Shown: positions 63,000-64,000 of the stretch, piece by piece | Layout of the letters: every line of letters begins with the position of its first letter | How positions within the stretch are numbered: the stretch's first letter is position 1 | DNA from: Mobula hypostoma | Lineage: Eukaryota | NCBI RefSeq assembly: GCF_963921235.1 | Contig: NC_086106.1 | Location: 35,650,001-35,714,000, forward strand | DNA length: 64,000 nucleotides | Direction: 5' to 3' | Translations under genes and position numbers: made by a program | Notes under the pieces: model-generated | Databases searched by the model: none | What the model was told of the DNA's origin: nothing | What the model saw: only the letters and a program-made list of their open reading frames with translations

Positions 63000-64000
63000 G
63001 AGTTACAGGAGAGAGGATGTCTGGAGTGTCTATGAGATGGCTTTTTTGAGCAGCTCCTGGTTGAGTCCACTACAGGATCAGATATTCTGGATTAGCTGTT
63101 ATGCAATGAACCAGAACTAATTAGAGAGATTTGGGAAAAATTATCATAAAATGATCGAATTCACCAGAATTTTTTTAGAAGGATAATCTAAATTGAGATA
63201 TATCATTACCACAGTGGAGATAAGGAAGTTACAGAAGCATGAGAGAGAAGTTGGCCAGACATGTTCGGAAAAGTACATTGGCAGTGATAACAACAGAGCA
63301 GCAATGTCTGGAATTTCTGGAAGAAATTCTGAAGGCGCAGGATATATATCTCCCAAAAAAGTAATCCAAATGGAAAACTATACAACCATTGCTAACAAGA
63401 GAAGTCAAAGCCAATATAAAAGCCAAAGAGCTGGCATATAATCGAGCAAGACGTCATGGGAGCTTCGGGAATTGGGAAGCTTTCAAATAGCAACAGGAGG
63501 CAACTAAAATCATAAAGAATGTAAAGATGAAGTATGAAAGTAAGTTAGCCAATAATATTAAAGAGGATCTCCGAAATTTCCTCAAATACATAAAGTGAAA
63601 ACGGGAGGCGAGAGTCGCTGGGATTTCTGGAAAAAGATGCTGGATAGGTAATGTGGGAAAAGGAAATGGCAGACAATTTGAAGAAGTATATTTCGTCAGT
63701 CTTCACTGTGGAAGACACTATCAGTATGGTGGAAGTTCCAAGCACCGTGGGTGTGAGCCACCATACCTAGAGAGAAATATCTTGTGAAACTGAAAGATCT
63801 AAAGGAAGATGAGTAACCTGGATCAGATAGGTTATACTCCAGGATCTAAAGGACATGGCTGAAGAGAGCGTGGAAGCATTAGTAATGATACTTCAATAAC
63901 CACAGGATTCTGGTTTTGTTCCAGAAGACAGGAAAATTGCAAATATCACTCCACTCTTCAAAGATAAAGGAAACTATCGGCCATTTAGTCGACCATGCAA
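63000..64000 (+). mobile_element. Old CR1 ORF2 fragment
   Basis: F.SVFTVED, VPEDRKIANITPLFK motifs. Confidence 0.75.

Overview
Vertebrate genomic DNA, most likely from a cartilaginous fish (shark or ray); this is inferred from the repeat landscape and receptor family, not shown directly. The window holds a tandem cluster of four two-exon class A GPCR loci of the GPR139/GPR142-like type. Gene A (+; 987-1056 and 2428-3329; 323 aa) is intact. Gene B (+; 18419-20439) is a pseudogene. Gene C (-; 40754-40823 and 39132-40042; 326 aa) has an open frame but several radical substitutions. Gene D (-; 52458-52527 and 50966-51876; 326 aa) is intact. All four share a 70-nt first coding exon, and A, C and D keep a phase-1 intron in TM1 that the ORF track misses. 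A/B and C/D are each products of local segmental duplication; C and D are head-to-tail with a junction at about 47655. Between the two pairs lies a nested transposon pile-up: a tandem Gmr1-type Gypsy LTR retrotransposon (gag-PR-INT-RT-RH order) sharing one LTR, two young CR1 insertions, and a hAT/Buster derivative. The rest is mostly CR1, Rex1, L1-clade, RTE-like and Penelope-derived repeats (some with hammerhead ribozyme cores), SINEs and solo LTRs. Identity levels are by-eye estimates unless an exact tract is given.
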